Below, piece by piece: positions 14,331 through 25,487 of a stretch of 64,000 nt of DNA. A program made the translations under genes and the position numbers. Below the pieces are notes generated by a model, which saw only the letters and a program-made list of their open reading frames with translations, did no database searches and was not told the origin of the DNA. Positions within the stretch are counted from its first letter, which is position 1. Every line of letters begins with the position of its first letter. Source of the DNA: Octopus bimaculoides (Eukaryota); assembly GCF_001194135.2 (NCBI RefSeq), contig NC_068989.1, forward strand, positions 64,046,609 to 64,110,608, written 5' to 3'.

Positions 14331-15595
14331 GATATAATGGTCACGAGTCCATATATATGCATGTAACTATGTATGTATGTATGTATGTATGTATGTATGT
14401 ATGTATGTATGTGTGTATGTATGTATGTATGTATGCACCTTTGTAAGTACATTTCTGTACTCGTGACCATTTATATAAGTACGGTCAATTAATCACCCCC
14501 AGAATTGGTGGTTGAACAAGTATAACAAGTAATAACATAAGAACGAAACAGAAGTAACTGTCACGGGTGGATATGTTCGAGTAAACCCTTGGATGCCGTG
14601 CCCAAGCAAGGCTGCAGTCCAATGATTGTTAACAGTATAAAACTAGATGTATGTATTCAATCTCTTCTTCTTAATTGCATAATTTGAATAATGGATACGC
14701 TGATAATGTTAATCTTCACTAATTGCTTGCGACCTACGTCGATTACGAGAAAAAAAATTGAAGTGTTGCATAGAATTACACATTAATTTGATTAGGAATA
14801 AACTATTCTAGCAACAATTGTTTTTATGATAAGTGAAAACCATTGTTTTTGTAATTAATGCTTATAGATGATGTAAAAGAGTCATTTGTACTCAAATTTG
14901 CATTAATTAAAAACTATCAACGTTTAGATTTCTGTGTGTTTTTATCTTATTTTAATTATTTAATGAAATTATTCAATACATAAAATATTCATTGAAGATA
15001 AAATTTCTCTATAGACAGTTCTGAATGAAAGCAATGAACGAACGATATATTTTTGTTTTTGTTATCAAGTATGTTAGTCTATGATTGCACCAAATAATGT
15101 TATCTTAATCTGCATAACGTCTAAGTTATCATTAGTTCTATAATACAAAAGTGTGTGGAAGTGATTATCGTACGTTACGTAACTGACTAAGCTTGATTAA
15201 AGAATATCAAACAAGATTAGAAAACTTCGCAAGGAATACATTAAAGTATTTTCATATCGATGTGTGTGTATGTAAGAATATGTGTGCGTGTGATTACTCG
15301 TGTGTTTGGAAAGAAAGGATGAACAGGCGAAACAAATGGTATCACATTAGAACATGGAATTTATAATACAAATATAATACTCACTATGCTAAATCGATAT
15401 TGTCAGAAGACTTTCTCTACTTTGTTTGCAATCCTCAAGCACTACCTCATCCCCTTTGGCTACCTGATAATTCTGACCTACGCTGGACGTCTCTGTTATA
15501 ACTGGGTTTTTAGCATTATACATATGGTCTTCCTCATACCTTACCACTGAACCTCCTCTTCTCTACTTATTTCAGTGTCCCATATTCCTTTACTA

Positions 15596-15860
15596 GGATA
15601 AAATTCCCCCGAGGACAAAATCACCCCACTGGACAAAATCTCTCCACCCCCCACCCCGGAAAAAATCCCACCGGACAATGACCCCCGGCAATATCCCCCG
15701 GGATATTGTTCTTTCTTTGCAATAAACATTTTTAAGGAAATTTTATAAAGAAATTTAAAATATTTATTATTTGATATTTTTGCGTGAAATTTGTCCGGGG
15801 AGGATTTTGTCTTCGGGAGATTTCGTGCTTGGGCGATTTTGTACTCGGGGGATTTTGTCC
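15596..15860. mobile_element. Fold-back MITE with subterminal repeats (Mutator/Foldback-like)
   Basis: About 5-6 variants of GGACAAAATCCCCC at 15596-15705, an AT-rich spacer, and about 4-5 inverted GGGGGATTTTGTCC variants at about 15790-15860. No clear TSD. Confidence 0.65.
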
Positions 15861-16011
15861 TCAGCCGAAATTGCGTAGATAATCTGGTACTCGACTGAGG
15901 AAAGAAAACTTCGAATGACCCGTTTTCTTTATATCGTCTATCTGGATGTTTTGTTGTCCCATTTCTGTATCATCTAACTGTCTGGATGTTTTGCGTTCTT
16001 GTCCCATTTTG

Positions 16012-16056
<45 letters not shown>

Positions 16057-16149
16057 CGTGTGTGTTTGTGTGTATGTGTGTGTGTGTGTGTCTGCGCGCG
16101 CGCGTGTATGTCTGTGTATATGCGTATGTGTTTTTTTTGTATGTGTCTA

Positions 16150-17040
16150 TTTACATTGTTAAGATTATTTCTACAGATATTCTATAGAACTTATAGCCAG
16201 CACTAATTTTGCTACAACGTTTCGCATCGAGATGTCAACAGACAATTTGATCGAAGACAAAAGTGGGTAATGAGTGTATATGCCATATTTTGGGAGTTGT
16301 TACCCCTTCGTCAGCATTCATATTAGACGCATTCCGCTGTACGCAATGGCTCTATAAGCAATGTGTTCGGGAGCAATAGTGGGTTATATGAGTGCCGTAG
16401 AAGGGGCAACAACACCCGAAATATAGCAAATACACTCATTAGCTACTTTTGTCTATTTACATCTGACGTCTAGATACGAAACGTTGTAGCAAAAATCAGT
16501 GCCTTGCTCTAAGTTTTATACAATATCGGTAGAAATAACCTTAACAAAATAATGTAAAAACACTGCTGACGCAACATAACGTGGTACTGACTTATAAAAA
16601 CATTTAGTATACTTTATAGTATATTGTGTTTGCATAACGAAGTACAGCGTACCTACAAATCTTTAATGTTTACATACCGGCCCCAGGAATGCATCTAATA
16701 TGTAAATTGGTATATCCAATTTAGATATGCGGTGGCTATATATACAGTTTGTTCGGAGACAAGAATGGATTCGATGAGTGCTGAAGAAGGGGACAATCCA
16801 CTCATTACCCACTTTTGTCTTCGATCACATTGTTTACATCTGACGTCGCGATATGAAACGTTGTAGCAAAAATCCGAGCTAGTTTTATAGGATATCTATA
16901 GAAATATCCTTATCAAAATAATGTGAGCACTACTAACGGAATAGAACGTGGTACTGACATTTAGTATACCTTATAGTATATTGTGTTTGCATAACGAAGT
17001 ACCACGTATCTACCAATCTTTAATAGTATCCATTTACATA
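16150..17040. repeat. Three-copy repeat (one inverted, two tandem) carrying degenerate minimal hammerhead motifs; PLE pseudo-LTR or retrozyme-like
   Basis: 16150-16323 is an imperfect reverse complement of 16386-16558. About 16340-16676 is directly repeated at about 16725-17040. Each copy has atga(g/a)tg-CTGANGA-like-agggg...cactcat. Confidence 0.75.
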
Positions 17041-17056
17041 CATATATATTCTTTTA

Positions 17057-17370
17057 CTTGTTTTAGTCATTTGACTGCGGCCATGCTGGAGCATCGCTTG
17101 GAGGGTTTTAGTCGAATAAGTCAACCCAGGACTTATTTTTATTTTTTAAGCTTAGTACATATTCTATCCGTCTCTTTGTCGAACCACTAAGTTACGGGGC
17201 CGTAAACACATCAACACTGGTTGTCAAGCGGTGATGCCGGTGATATATATATATATATATATATATATACGATGGACTTTTTTCACTTTCCGTCTACCAA
17301 ATCCACTCACAAGGCTTTGGTCGGCTCGTGACTATAGTAGAAGACACTTGCCCAAGTTGCCACGCTGTGG
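17057..17370 (-). mobile_element. Family B SINE (head lost in gap)
   Basis: agtcatttgactgcggccatgctggagc..tttccgtctaccaaatccactcacaaggctttggtcggc..gacacttgcccaag. Confidence 0.85.
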
Positions 17371-17573
17371 NNNNNNNNNNNNNNNNNNNNNNNNNNNNNN
17401 NNNNNNNNNNNNNNNNNNNNNNNNNNNNNNNNNNNNNNNNNNNNNNNNNNNNNNNNNNNNNNNNNNNNNNNNNNNNNNNNNNNNNNNNNNNNNNNNNNNN
17501 NNNNNNNNNNNNNNNNNNNNNNNNNNNNNNNNNNNNNNNNNNNNNNNNNNNNNNNNNNNNNNNNNNNNNNNNN

Positions 17574-17653
<80 letters not shown>

Positions 17654-18911
17654 TTCGAGGGGGAGGACGTGTATGCAAGGTAGAATACTATCGTATGATG
17701 ATAAGTCTGGAAGTAATCTAACACTTTTACCATCATGGCTAAAATCAGGAAAATATTGACAGACAGACCGTAATTATTGTTCAGCTTTTATTACATTTCT
17801 TGCTCATATTGATGAAATTAATACTAATTTACAGAAGAAAAACGCTTATAACCTTTAAATAAAATTACATTTTTCATTTCTATAGTTTCTGCCAGATCTA
17901 CTCCTACTACTCTTTCTTTTCTTCCTCCCCTTCCTCCTCTCCCGCGTCCTTTTCTTACTTCTCTTCTACTGCTAACTCTTTGTCTCTTAGTGTGTGTGTT
18001 TATAGCGCTTCCTTACTCATTATCTGCCACCAATCTTAGCATGCGAACTCCTCAAGCAACTCTTATGTTAACTCTTTCTTTCTCTGTATCCCAGTTCTAC
18101 TCACTTCACCCAATCCCTATACGATATAAAGGTTTACTAGAGTAATCCACCGACAAACTTTTATACCGGATATTATTATATATACATATATACATATGTA
18201 TATATATGTATGCATGTATGTACGTATATATATATATATATATATATNNNNNNNNNNNNNNNNNNNNNNNNNNNNNNNNNNNNNNNNNNNNNNNNNNNNN
18301 NNNNNNNNNNNNNNNNNNNNNNNNNNNNNNNNNNNNNNNNNNNNNNNNNNNNNNNNNNNNNNNNNNNNNNNNNNNNNNNNNNNNNNNNNNNNNNNNNNNN
18401 NNNNNNNNNNNNNNNNNNNNNNNNNNNNNNNNNNNNNNNNNNNNNNNNNNNNNNNNNNNNNNNNNNNNNNNNNNNNNNNNNNNNNNNNNNNNNNNNNNNN
18501 NNNNNNNNNNNNNNNNNNNNNNNNNNNNNNNNNNNNNNNNNNNNNNNNNNNNNNNNNNNNNNNNNNNNNNNNNNNNNNNNNNNNNNNNNNNNNNNNNNNN
18601 NNNNNNNNNNNNNNNNNNNNNNNNNNNNNNNNNNNNNNNNNNNNNNNNNNNNNNNNNNNNNNNNNNNNNNNNNNNNNNNNNNNNNNNNNNNNNNNNNNNN
18701 NNNNNNNNNNNNNNNNNNNNNNNNNNNNNNNNNNNNNNNNNNNNNNNNNNNNNNNNNNNNNNNNNNNNNNNNNNNNNNNNNNNNNNNNNNNNNNNNNNNN
18801 NNNNNNNNNNNNNNNNNNNNNNNNNNNNNNNNNNNNNNNNNNNNNNNNNNNNNNNNNNNNNNNNNNNNNNNNNNNNNNNNNTGTGTGTGTGTGTGTGTGT
18901 GTATACGTATG

Positions 18912-19080
18912 TAGATACAGAAAAATAGCATTCAGCGAACACATCAACATTTGCGCCAATAACAAACAACCCAGCTTCAGGATTTTTCCCCTCTATCAAT
19001 TCAGGGACGATCCAACCTGTCGTCAACGCATTAGTAATGAGTCATTCTTTATCACAAAATATAAACCCCTTTTGAATTCG
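18912..19080 (+). mobile_element. Penelope-like GIY-YIG endonuclease C-terminal fragment
   Basis: KIAFSEHINICANNKQPSFRIFPLYQFRDDPTCRQRISNESFFITKYKPLLN aligns with the end of the 1776-2990 element (NEHLETCTKTRSPKFHVFQFYQ..KESSFIEKYKPLL). Confidence 0.72.
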
Positions 19081-20789
19081 TCCACCACAAATGACACTAT
19101 TACAAGGGCCTTAGAATAATAGCCACGCAAATATTAAAAGCGATAAATTCAGAACAGTCACTACTCATGAATTTATTCAGAACAATTCCAATCACTACTA
19201 TAACAAACACACTTGACCATTTAAGAGGATTCCACCAACAACCTGCTACTGTCATACCACTCCCGCATTTTTATCATTCTTTCTCTTCTTTTTCTTCTTC
19301 GTCGCCTCCTTTCTCAATTACTACTGTTGCTTAAACAATCAAAAACAAGAATTCATATCAAACAACTACTACCACCTGCTGCCTATTACCTAGAACACAC
19401 ATGAGAGACAGAGACAGACAGAAAAAAAAGAAAATGTCCATTGCCTTTGAAAACTATGGAAATACTTTGTTAAAAACATTTCATTTAATTTTTCCACAAT
19501 TTGATTGCTTTTCATGCTTTACTCTAGGTTGAAAAAGTCGCAAAGACTGAAACTGGTACTAAAATGTTCTTCATGATAAAATCATTTTAGCATTTTCTAC
19601 CTTGTCTTAATTACCTTATATATGTGTGTGTGTGTGTATCTATATATGTATGTATGTCTATCTATCTATCTTTCTATATATNNNNNNNNNNNNNNNNNNN
19701 NNNNNNNNNNNNNNNNNNNNNNNNNNNNNNNNNNNNNNNNNNNNNNNNNNNNNNNNNNNNNNNNNNNNNNNNNNNNNNNNNNNNNNNNNNNNNNNNNNNN
19801 NNNNNNNNNNNNNNNNNNNNNNNNNNNNNNNNNNNNNNNNNNNNNNNNNNNNNNNNNNNNNNNNNNNNNNNNNNNNNNNNNNNNNNNNNNNNNNNNNNNN
19901 NNNNNNNNNNNNNNNNNNNNNNNNNNNNNNNNNNNNNNNNNNNNNNNNNNNNNNNNNNNNNNNNNNNNNNNNNNNNNNNNNNNNNNNNNNNNNNNNNNNN
20001 NNNNNNNNNNNNNNNNNNNNNNNNNNNNNNNNNNNNNNNNNNNNNNNNNNNNNNNNNNNNNNNNNNNNNNNNNNNNNNNNNNNNNNNNNNNNNNNNNNNN
20101 NNNNNNNNNNNNNNNNNNNNNNNNNNNNNNNNNNNNNNNNNNNNNNNNNNNNNNNNNNNNNNNNNNNNNNNNNNNNNNNNNNNNNNNNNNNNNNNNNNNN
20201 NNNNNNNNNNNNNNNNNNNNNNNNNNNNNNNNNNNNNNNNNNNNNNNNNNNNNNNNNNNNNNNNNNNNNNNNNNNNNNNNNNNNACATACATGGAGAGAC
20301 AGACAGAAGACAGAGATCAGTATTATTATACTAAATATATTATATATAAAGATATGAAAGGGATTCTTTACAAGACATTTACCTGTACAAATGTTAATTT
20401 TATTACGTGTTATACATGAATGATTAAATATTACTTCATGAAATAGTATTTCATAATTTCGCCTTCTATTTAGCATTTAAGAGTAAATTTTTATTTCTAA
20501 TTAATTTATGGTTATCATTTTCAGAAAAAAAATGGCCATCAGATTGTTTGTTTTTTTGTTTTGTTTTTTTGTTTTTGTTTTTTGTTTTTTTGCAAGAGAG
20601 TGATTGTTTAGGAAAACTTCACCTAAAATTAATCTGTTGATTCTACCCAAATACAAGTGGTTTGGTTAATCAGACAGACTTCGTGTCACAACTCTTCAAA
20701 CTAATCTTATTTCTTATCCTCTTTGTGCTCTAAACCTATTTACTCGTATCAGTATCATACAAATACAGTTGCCAGCAACTTTAAAGTGC

Positions 20790-21480
20790 AGAATCAGAAC
20801 TCTGAGACGTCTGTTGCAGAAAGGTTTCGATCGCGCCAAACGAAAACCATAACGTTATCATTGTAAAACCCTCAAAATCATGTTGAAATATTCAAGGAGC
20901 AAATAGGATGCCCTAAGGAATACTGACTTAGAACGATCGTTATGGACGAGACATAAATTAAGCAATTTGCACTTATTGCTCCTTTTGACTGTCAGCCAAA
21001 TTACATAGGGTAAAATTCTAGATTAATATTGTTTTCAAATTTTAGCACAAGGCGAGCAATTTATTGGGAGTGGGTAAGTTGATTATATCGACCCCTGTGT
21101 TCGGCTGGTACTTATTTTATCGACCCTAAAATGATGAAAGGTAAAGTCGACTTCACCGGAATTTGAAATCAGGACGCACTGACGGACGAAATGCCGATTA
21201 GCATTTTGCTCGACGTGCCAACAGATCTGCCAGCTCGCTACCCCCACTTGCAAATGTTAAAGCGTGCCCATTCTTTATGATATGAATGAGAATTGAGAAA
21301 GGACGGAGCTGATAGTTAGATTAATACCTCAAAGAACGGAATAAATTCTGAAACGTACTTGGATATTCTGAAGAAGAAATTGCGAAACATGATCAATGTT
21401 GATCACGCTTGGCCCGATATTTCAACAGAATGACGCAGCCTGTCATTCTGCAAAATGCATGACAAACTAGCTTATAATTA
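20790..21480 (+). mobile_element. Tc1/mariner transposase remnant interrupted by a SINE
   Basis: RTLRRLLQKGF..AKRKP and MDET*IK before the SINE. After it: INSETYLDILKKKL and IFQQNDAACHSAK (Tc1 FQQDNAPxH motif). Frameshifted. Confidence 0.62.
21030..21240 (-). mobile_element. Family A CORE-type SINE
   Basis: Reverse complement of the head and CORE; inserted in the Tc1 remnant. Confidence 0.8.
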
Positions 21481-21904
21481 ATTATATTACACATTATCGA
21501 GTATTTGATTTAGATATTCATCTGACCTCATTCCTCTAGGAAAAGCATAGATCTTATGAAAACTTTTTTAAATATCCTGTCGATCTTACTAGCGCAGCTT
21601 AATAGCCAACGATTTCAGATTTATAAGAAAAGATACGGTAGGAGATAATCACAGACTTTGGTTGGAAGTCTATTTGTTCCTATTGCTGCTATATTTGAGT
21701 GAAACGAGTTATCGTACTAAATATTGAGCTATCAAATATATTGTACTTTTGTAAAATGTTGTCAGGTCATCTACTTATTTTCTTATAAAATACATCGATT
21801 GTGTTTTATCTATATCATCAGTCACAATATAAAATCGAGTTTTTGGCAGTGTATTCAAATATAAGACGAGAACTCGCATATATGTGCACGTGCATGTGTG
21901 TGTG

Positions 21905-21948
<44 letters not shown>

Positions 21949-22000
21949 NNNNNNNNNNNNNNNNNNNNNNNNNNNNNNNNNNNNNNNNNNNNNNNNNNNN

Positions 22001-22040
<40 letters not shown>

Positions 22041-22873
22041 TTTTTAGAGATATATAGTTATATGTACATGTATGTATGCATATACATGTATGTGCATATA
22101 TTTATGTCATTGTATGAATATACGTAATAAATTGACATCCATATATCTTACACGGAAACAACAATACCTATTGTGTACTCATGTCTCCCATTTATATGTA
22201 TGCGTATATGAATGCGTATGTCACTGCGAATCTATATGTGTATACGTACATATCTATGAATATTTATCCTTGTTTGTAGGCATCTATGTATACATATATG
22301 TATGTATATGCCTTTATATGGCTATATATCTATATTTTGTATATCCATCCCAAACGGTTTTATACCAACATAAACATATATATATATATATATATGTATA
22401 TGTAAGTATGCATGCATGCATATATCTATTATGTAGAGGATAGGAGTATGACGGAAGAAATTTGATAGGAACAACATAAAAGTAAATTACATGTTGTTTT
22501 GTATATTTGTTTGTTCTCATTTATGTCTATTTTAATTTTTTTTCTTTTTTCTTTTTCTTTATTTTTGTTAATTTACGTTTACATTTCTTTACGTAAAGGC
22601 AACCATTTGTAAATCACTTGCACTACTTTTCGGAATTAAATTTTGTGATATTTCGTTTCATGCCTGATTGAAGGATATAGAGGTAGTCATGCCTGAAACT
22701 GTTATAGCTTGTAGAGGGAGCTGAACGCAGATTAAAGTTGAAGCAGTACACTTAGTGCAGATATTTTCCCTCAACATTCAGATTAGTGTTCGACAGATTG
22801 CTTAAGATTAGTCTTCAACACTGGTCTTAACTACGAAGATTTACATATACCGATACATTAGCCGATTATTTTT

Positions 22874-22939
22874 GGTTGTTGTTGTTGTTGTTGTTGTTGT
22901 TGCTGTTGTTGTTGTTGTTGCTGCTGCTGCTGCTGCTGC

Positions 22940-22987
<48 letters not shown>
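22874..22987. repeat. (GTT)n/(GCT)n microsatellite
   Basis: Direct inspection. Confidence 0.95.
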
Positions 22988-22989
<2 letters not shown>

Positions 22990-22992
22990 GCT

Positions 22993-23443
22993 AAGGCGAC
23001 TAGCTGGAAGAATCGTTAGCAGGTTTGACGAAATGCTTAGCGGTATTTCGCCCGTCTTTACGTTCTGAGTTCAAATTCCTCCATGGTTGACTTTGCCTTT
23101 CATCATTTCGAGATCGATAAATTAAGTACCAATGTAACACTGGGGTCGATGTAATCGAGTTATCCCCTCCCCGTGTGGCAAAATTTGAAATCATTATTGT
23201 TGTTGTTGTTGTTGTTGTTGTCGTTGTTGTTGTTGTTAAGGCGGCTCGCTGGCAGAATCGCTAGCACGCTGGAAGAAATGCTTAGCGGTATTTCACCCGT
23301 TCTGAGCTCAAATTCCTCGGAGGTCGACTTTGCCTTTCATCCTTTCGGGGTCGATAAAGTAAATACCAGGGAAACACTGGGGCCGATATAATCGACTTGT
23401 CCCCGCCCCACAAATTTGAGGCCTTGTGCCTCCAGTAGAACGG

Positions 23444-23445
<2 letters not shown>
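22993..23445 (+). mobile_element. Two adjacent family A SINEs (22993-23192, 23238-23445)
   Basis: Both have A/B boxes and the CORE; separated by (GTT)n; the second ends in (ATT)n. Confidence 0.87.
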
Positions 23446-23482
<37 letters not shown>

Positions 23483-23752
23483 GTTCAGTAGTTTTATTTT
23501 TATAACGTGCTTTCACTTCACTACCGAGCGCAGCTCTGTGCGCCTTGGGTATGTGCTGTGGTTTGCTGTGGTGCTCTTATGTTTACTGTATTGAAAGTGT
23601 TTTGCGTAGAATGTGTGCAGTACCCAGTAGTGCAATTTTCTGTATGTTATATATATCTGTAAGTCCTGGTGTTTTTGTTATGTATTTGTCTGAATATTTT
23701 TTTATTATACCTAAGGCACCTACTATGATAGTTCCGTGACGGCCAGGTTTAT
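23483..23752 (-). mobile_element. 3' end of an R4/Dong-like non-LTR element ending in (TAA)n
   Basis: Minus strand reads IIVGALGIIKKYSDKYITKTPGLTDIYNIQKIALLGTAHILRKTLSIQ*, then a short 3' UTR and an (AAT)n tail. (ATT)n on both sides. Confidence 0.8.
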
Positions 23753-23814
23753 GCTATTTATTATTGATGTTGTTTTATTGTCTATTTTGATTTTTGGGAA
23801 TTATTATTATTATA

Positions 23815-23858
<44 letters not shown>

Positions 23859-24044
23859 CATCATTATTATTATTATGATTGGCATAACTTTTCACATTGT
23901 TTTTGTTGGTGGTGATGTCATTCGCTCTGAGTGAACCCTCACCGAGCAGAACTGCGACCGAAGATATTCCAGCACTGATCGTTACTATACGTTGAGGAAG
24001 ATTTCGTTCCTTTTCCAAGCAAATCGAGATATCGCGTACTAACT

Positions 24045-24345
24045 AACTGGCACTCCGCCGGTTCCGACGACGGGGATTTCAGTTGATCCGATCGACGAAA
24101 CAGCCTGGTCGTGAAATTAACGTGCAAGTGGCTGAACATTCCATAGACACGTGTACCTTTAACGTAGTTCTCAGGTAGTTCAGCGTGACGCAGAATGTGA
24201 CAAGGCCGACTTTGAATACAGGTACTACTAATTTTTGCTATGAGTGGACTGGAGCAACGTGAAATAAAGTGACTCGCTCAAGGACGCATCGAACTCACTC
24301 ACGACCTTACGATCGTTCGCCAATTACCCTGACCACTAAGCTACG
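24045..24345 (-). mobile_element. Family C tRNA-derived SINE
   Basis: Reversed tRNA-like head (cttagtggtcagggtaattggcgaacgatcgtaaggtcgtgagtgagttcg). Shared 3' part ctggcactccg..gttgatccgatc..acagcctg.tcgtgaaattaacgtgcaagtggctga. Confidence 0.82.
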
Positions 24346-25259
24346 AGTATAGACTCGCTATAGAACCAGTGCTTTCTTTCGGCAACTGATTGTAGAGATT
24401 TTACACTGTATTTATAAAGTAGATTACACATGAAGCAGTTTCTCGGAATTTAGAGGCCCAGTGCTGATCTATGTACGCTGTAGTTGCATATATAATACCC
24501 CAGTGCATTGCTATGCGCAGGAGCATATAATGGTATTAAAATGGCCCTGATTACATCTATGCAAATGTCTAGTAGTAACGATGTAACTGACTGGTTTAAA
24601 ACGACATGACATTGTGTGTGTATGTATAGGAAATTGATGATGCCACAATAGAAACTAATTGAATATATAAAACAGTAATTGGTCAAGCTAGAATCTCATT
24701 GAATTAACGTCGCTTAACGTGCTGTTGTCATCAGGTCTTTGGAATAGTGTTGATCTATTTAGCAATACATCATCTCTTCAGTCATTGACCGGCAAGAAGC
24801 AACGACTTAATTCACTCCAAACATGCCATACTTGCTTTTAAAAGAGAGAAGGAAAACATTAAGTAATATAGTTGAAACTATCGAAACTGTAGAATATCTT
24901 TAAGGCGTTTGATCACAGACGTGCTTGTGACGTCGTCATATTGAGACGTCATTTCTCTTTTGCTGTCTTTCGGTTATTTGAAACATCTTGTATACCGTGC
25001 AGCAATAAACTCCCAGTTTCACCAGTCCAAACCGTAATGAGACCTGTAAAACAAAACCATGAAACATTAGCTACAATAAGACACTTTTACTACGTGCCTA
25101 ACAGCAGAAAGCCCACAAGTAGTTGTTTTTTGTTTTGTTTTGTTTTTTCTGCCGCATTCTGTTATTGGCATTGTCTCAACGATTTTGTCGCCAACCGTTA
25201 CAATTCTACACAGGGTTACCTGACTATGCTGGTCAATATTTTACTTGGATCTAACAGAA

Positions 25260-25487
25260 TGAGCTGGCAGAATCGTTAGCACGCCGGGCAAAATGTTTAG
25301 CAGCAATTCGTCTGTCTTTTTGTTCTGAGTTCAAATTCTGTCGCGGTCAACTTTGCCTTTCATCATTTCGGGGTCGATAAAATACGTACCAGTTGAACAC
25401 TTGGGTCAGTGTAATTGACTAAGCCCCCACCCCCACCCCCACCCAGACCCAGAAGTTGCTGACCCTGTGCCAAAATTTGAAACCAAT
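25260..25487 (+). mobile_element. Family A SINE
   Basis: gagctggcagaatcgttagcacgccgggc..gagttcaaattc..gcctttcatcatttcggggtcgataaa. Confidence 0.87.

Noticed and set aside
21360-21415. CTGAAGA..GAAACAT..ATGTT hammerhead-like motif
   Set aside because: No stem I or real stem II; it lies within Tc1 transposase coding remnant.
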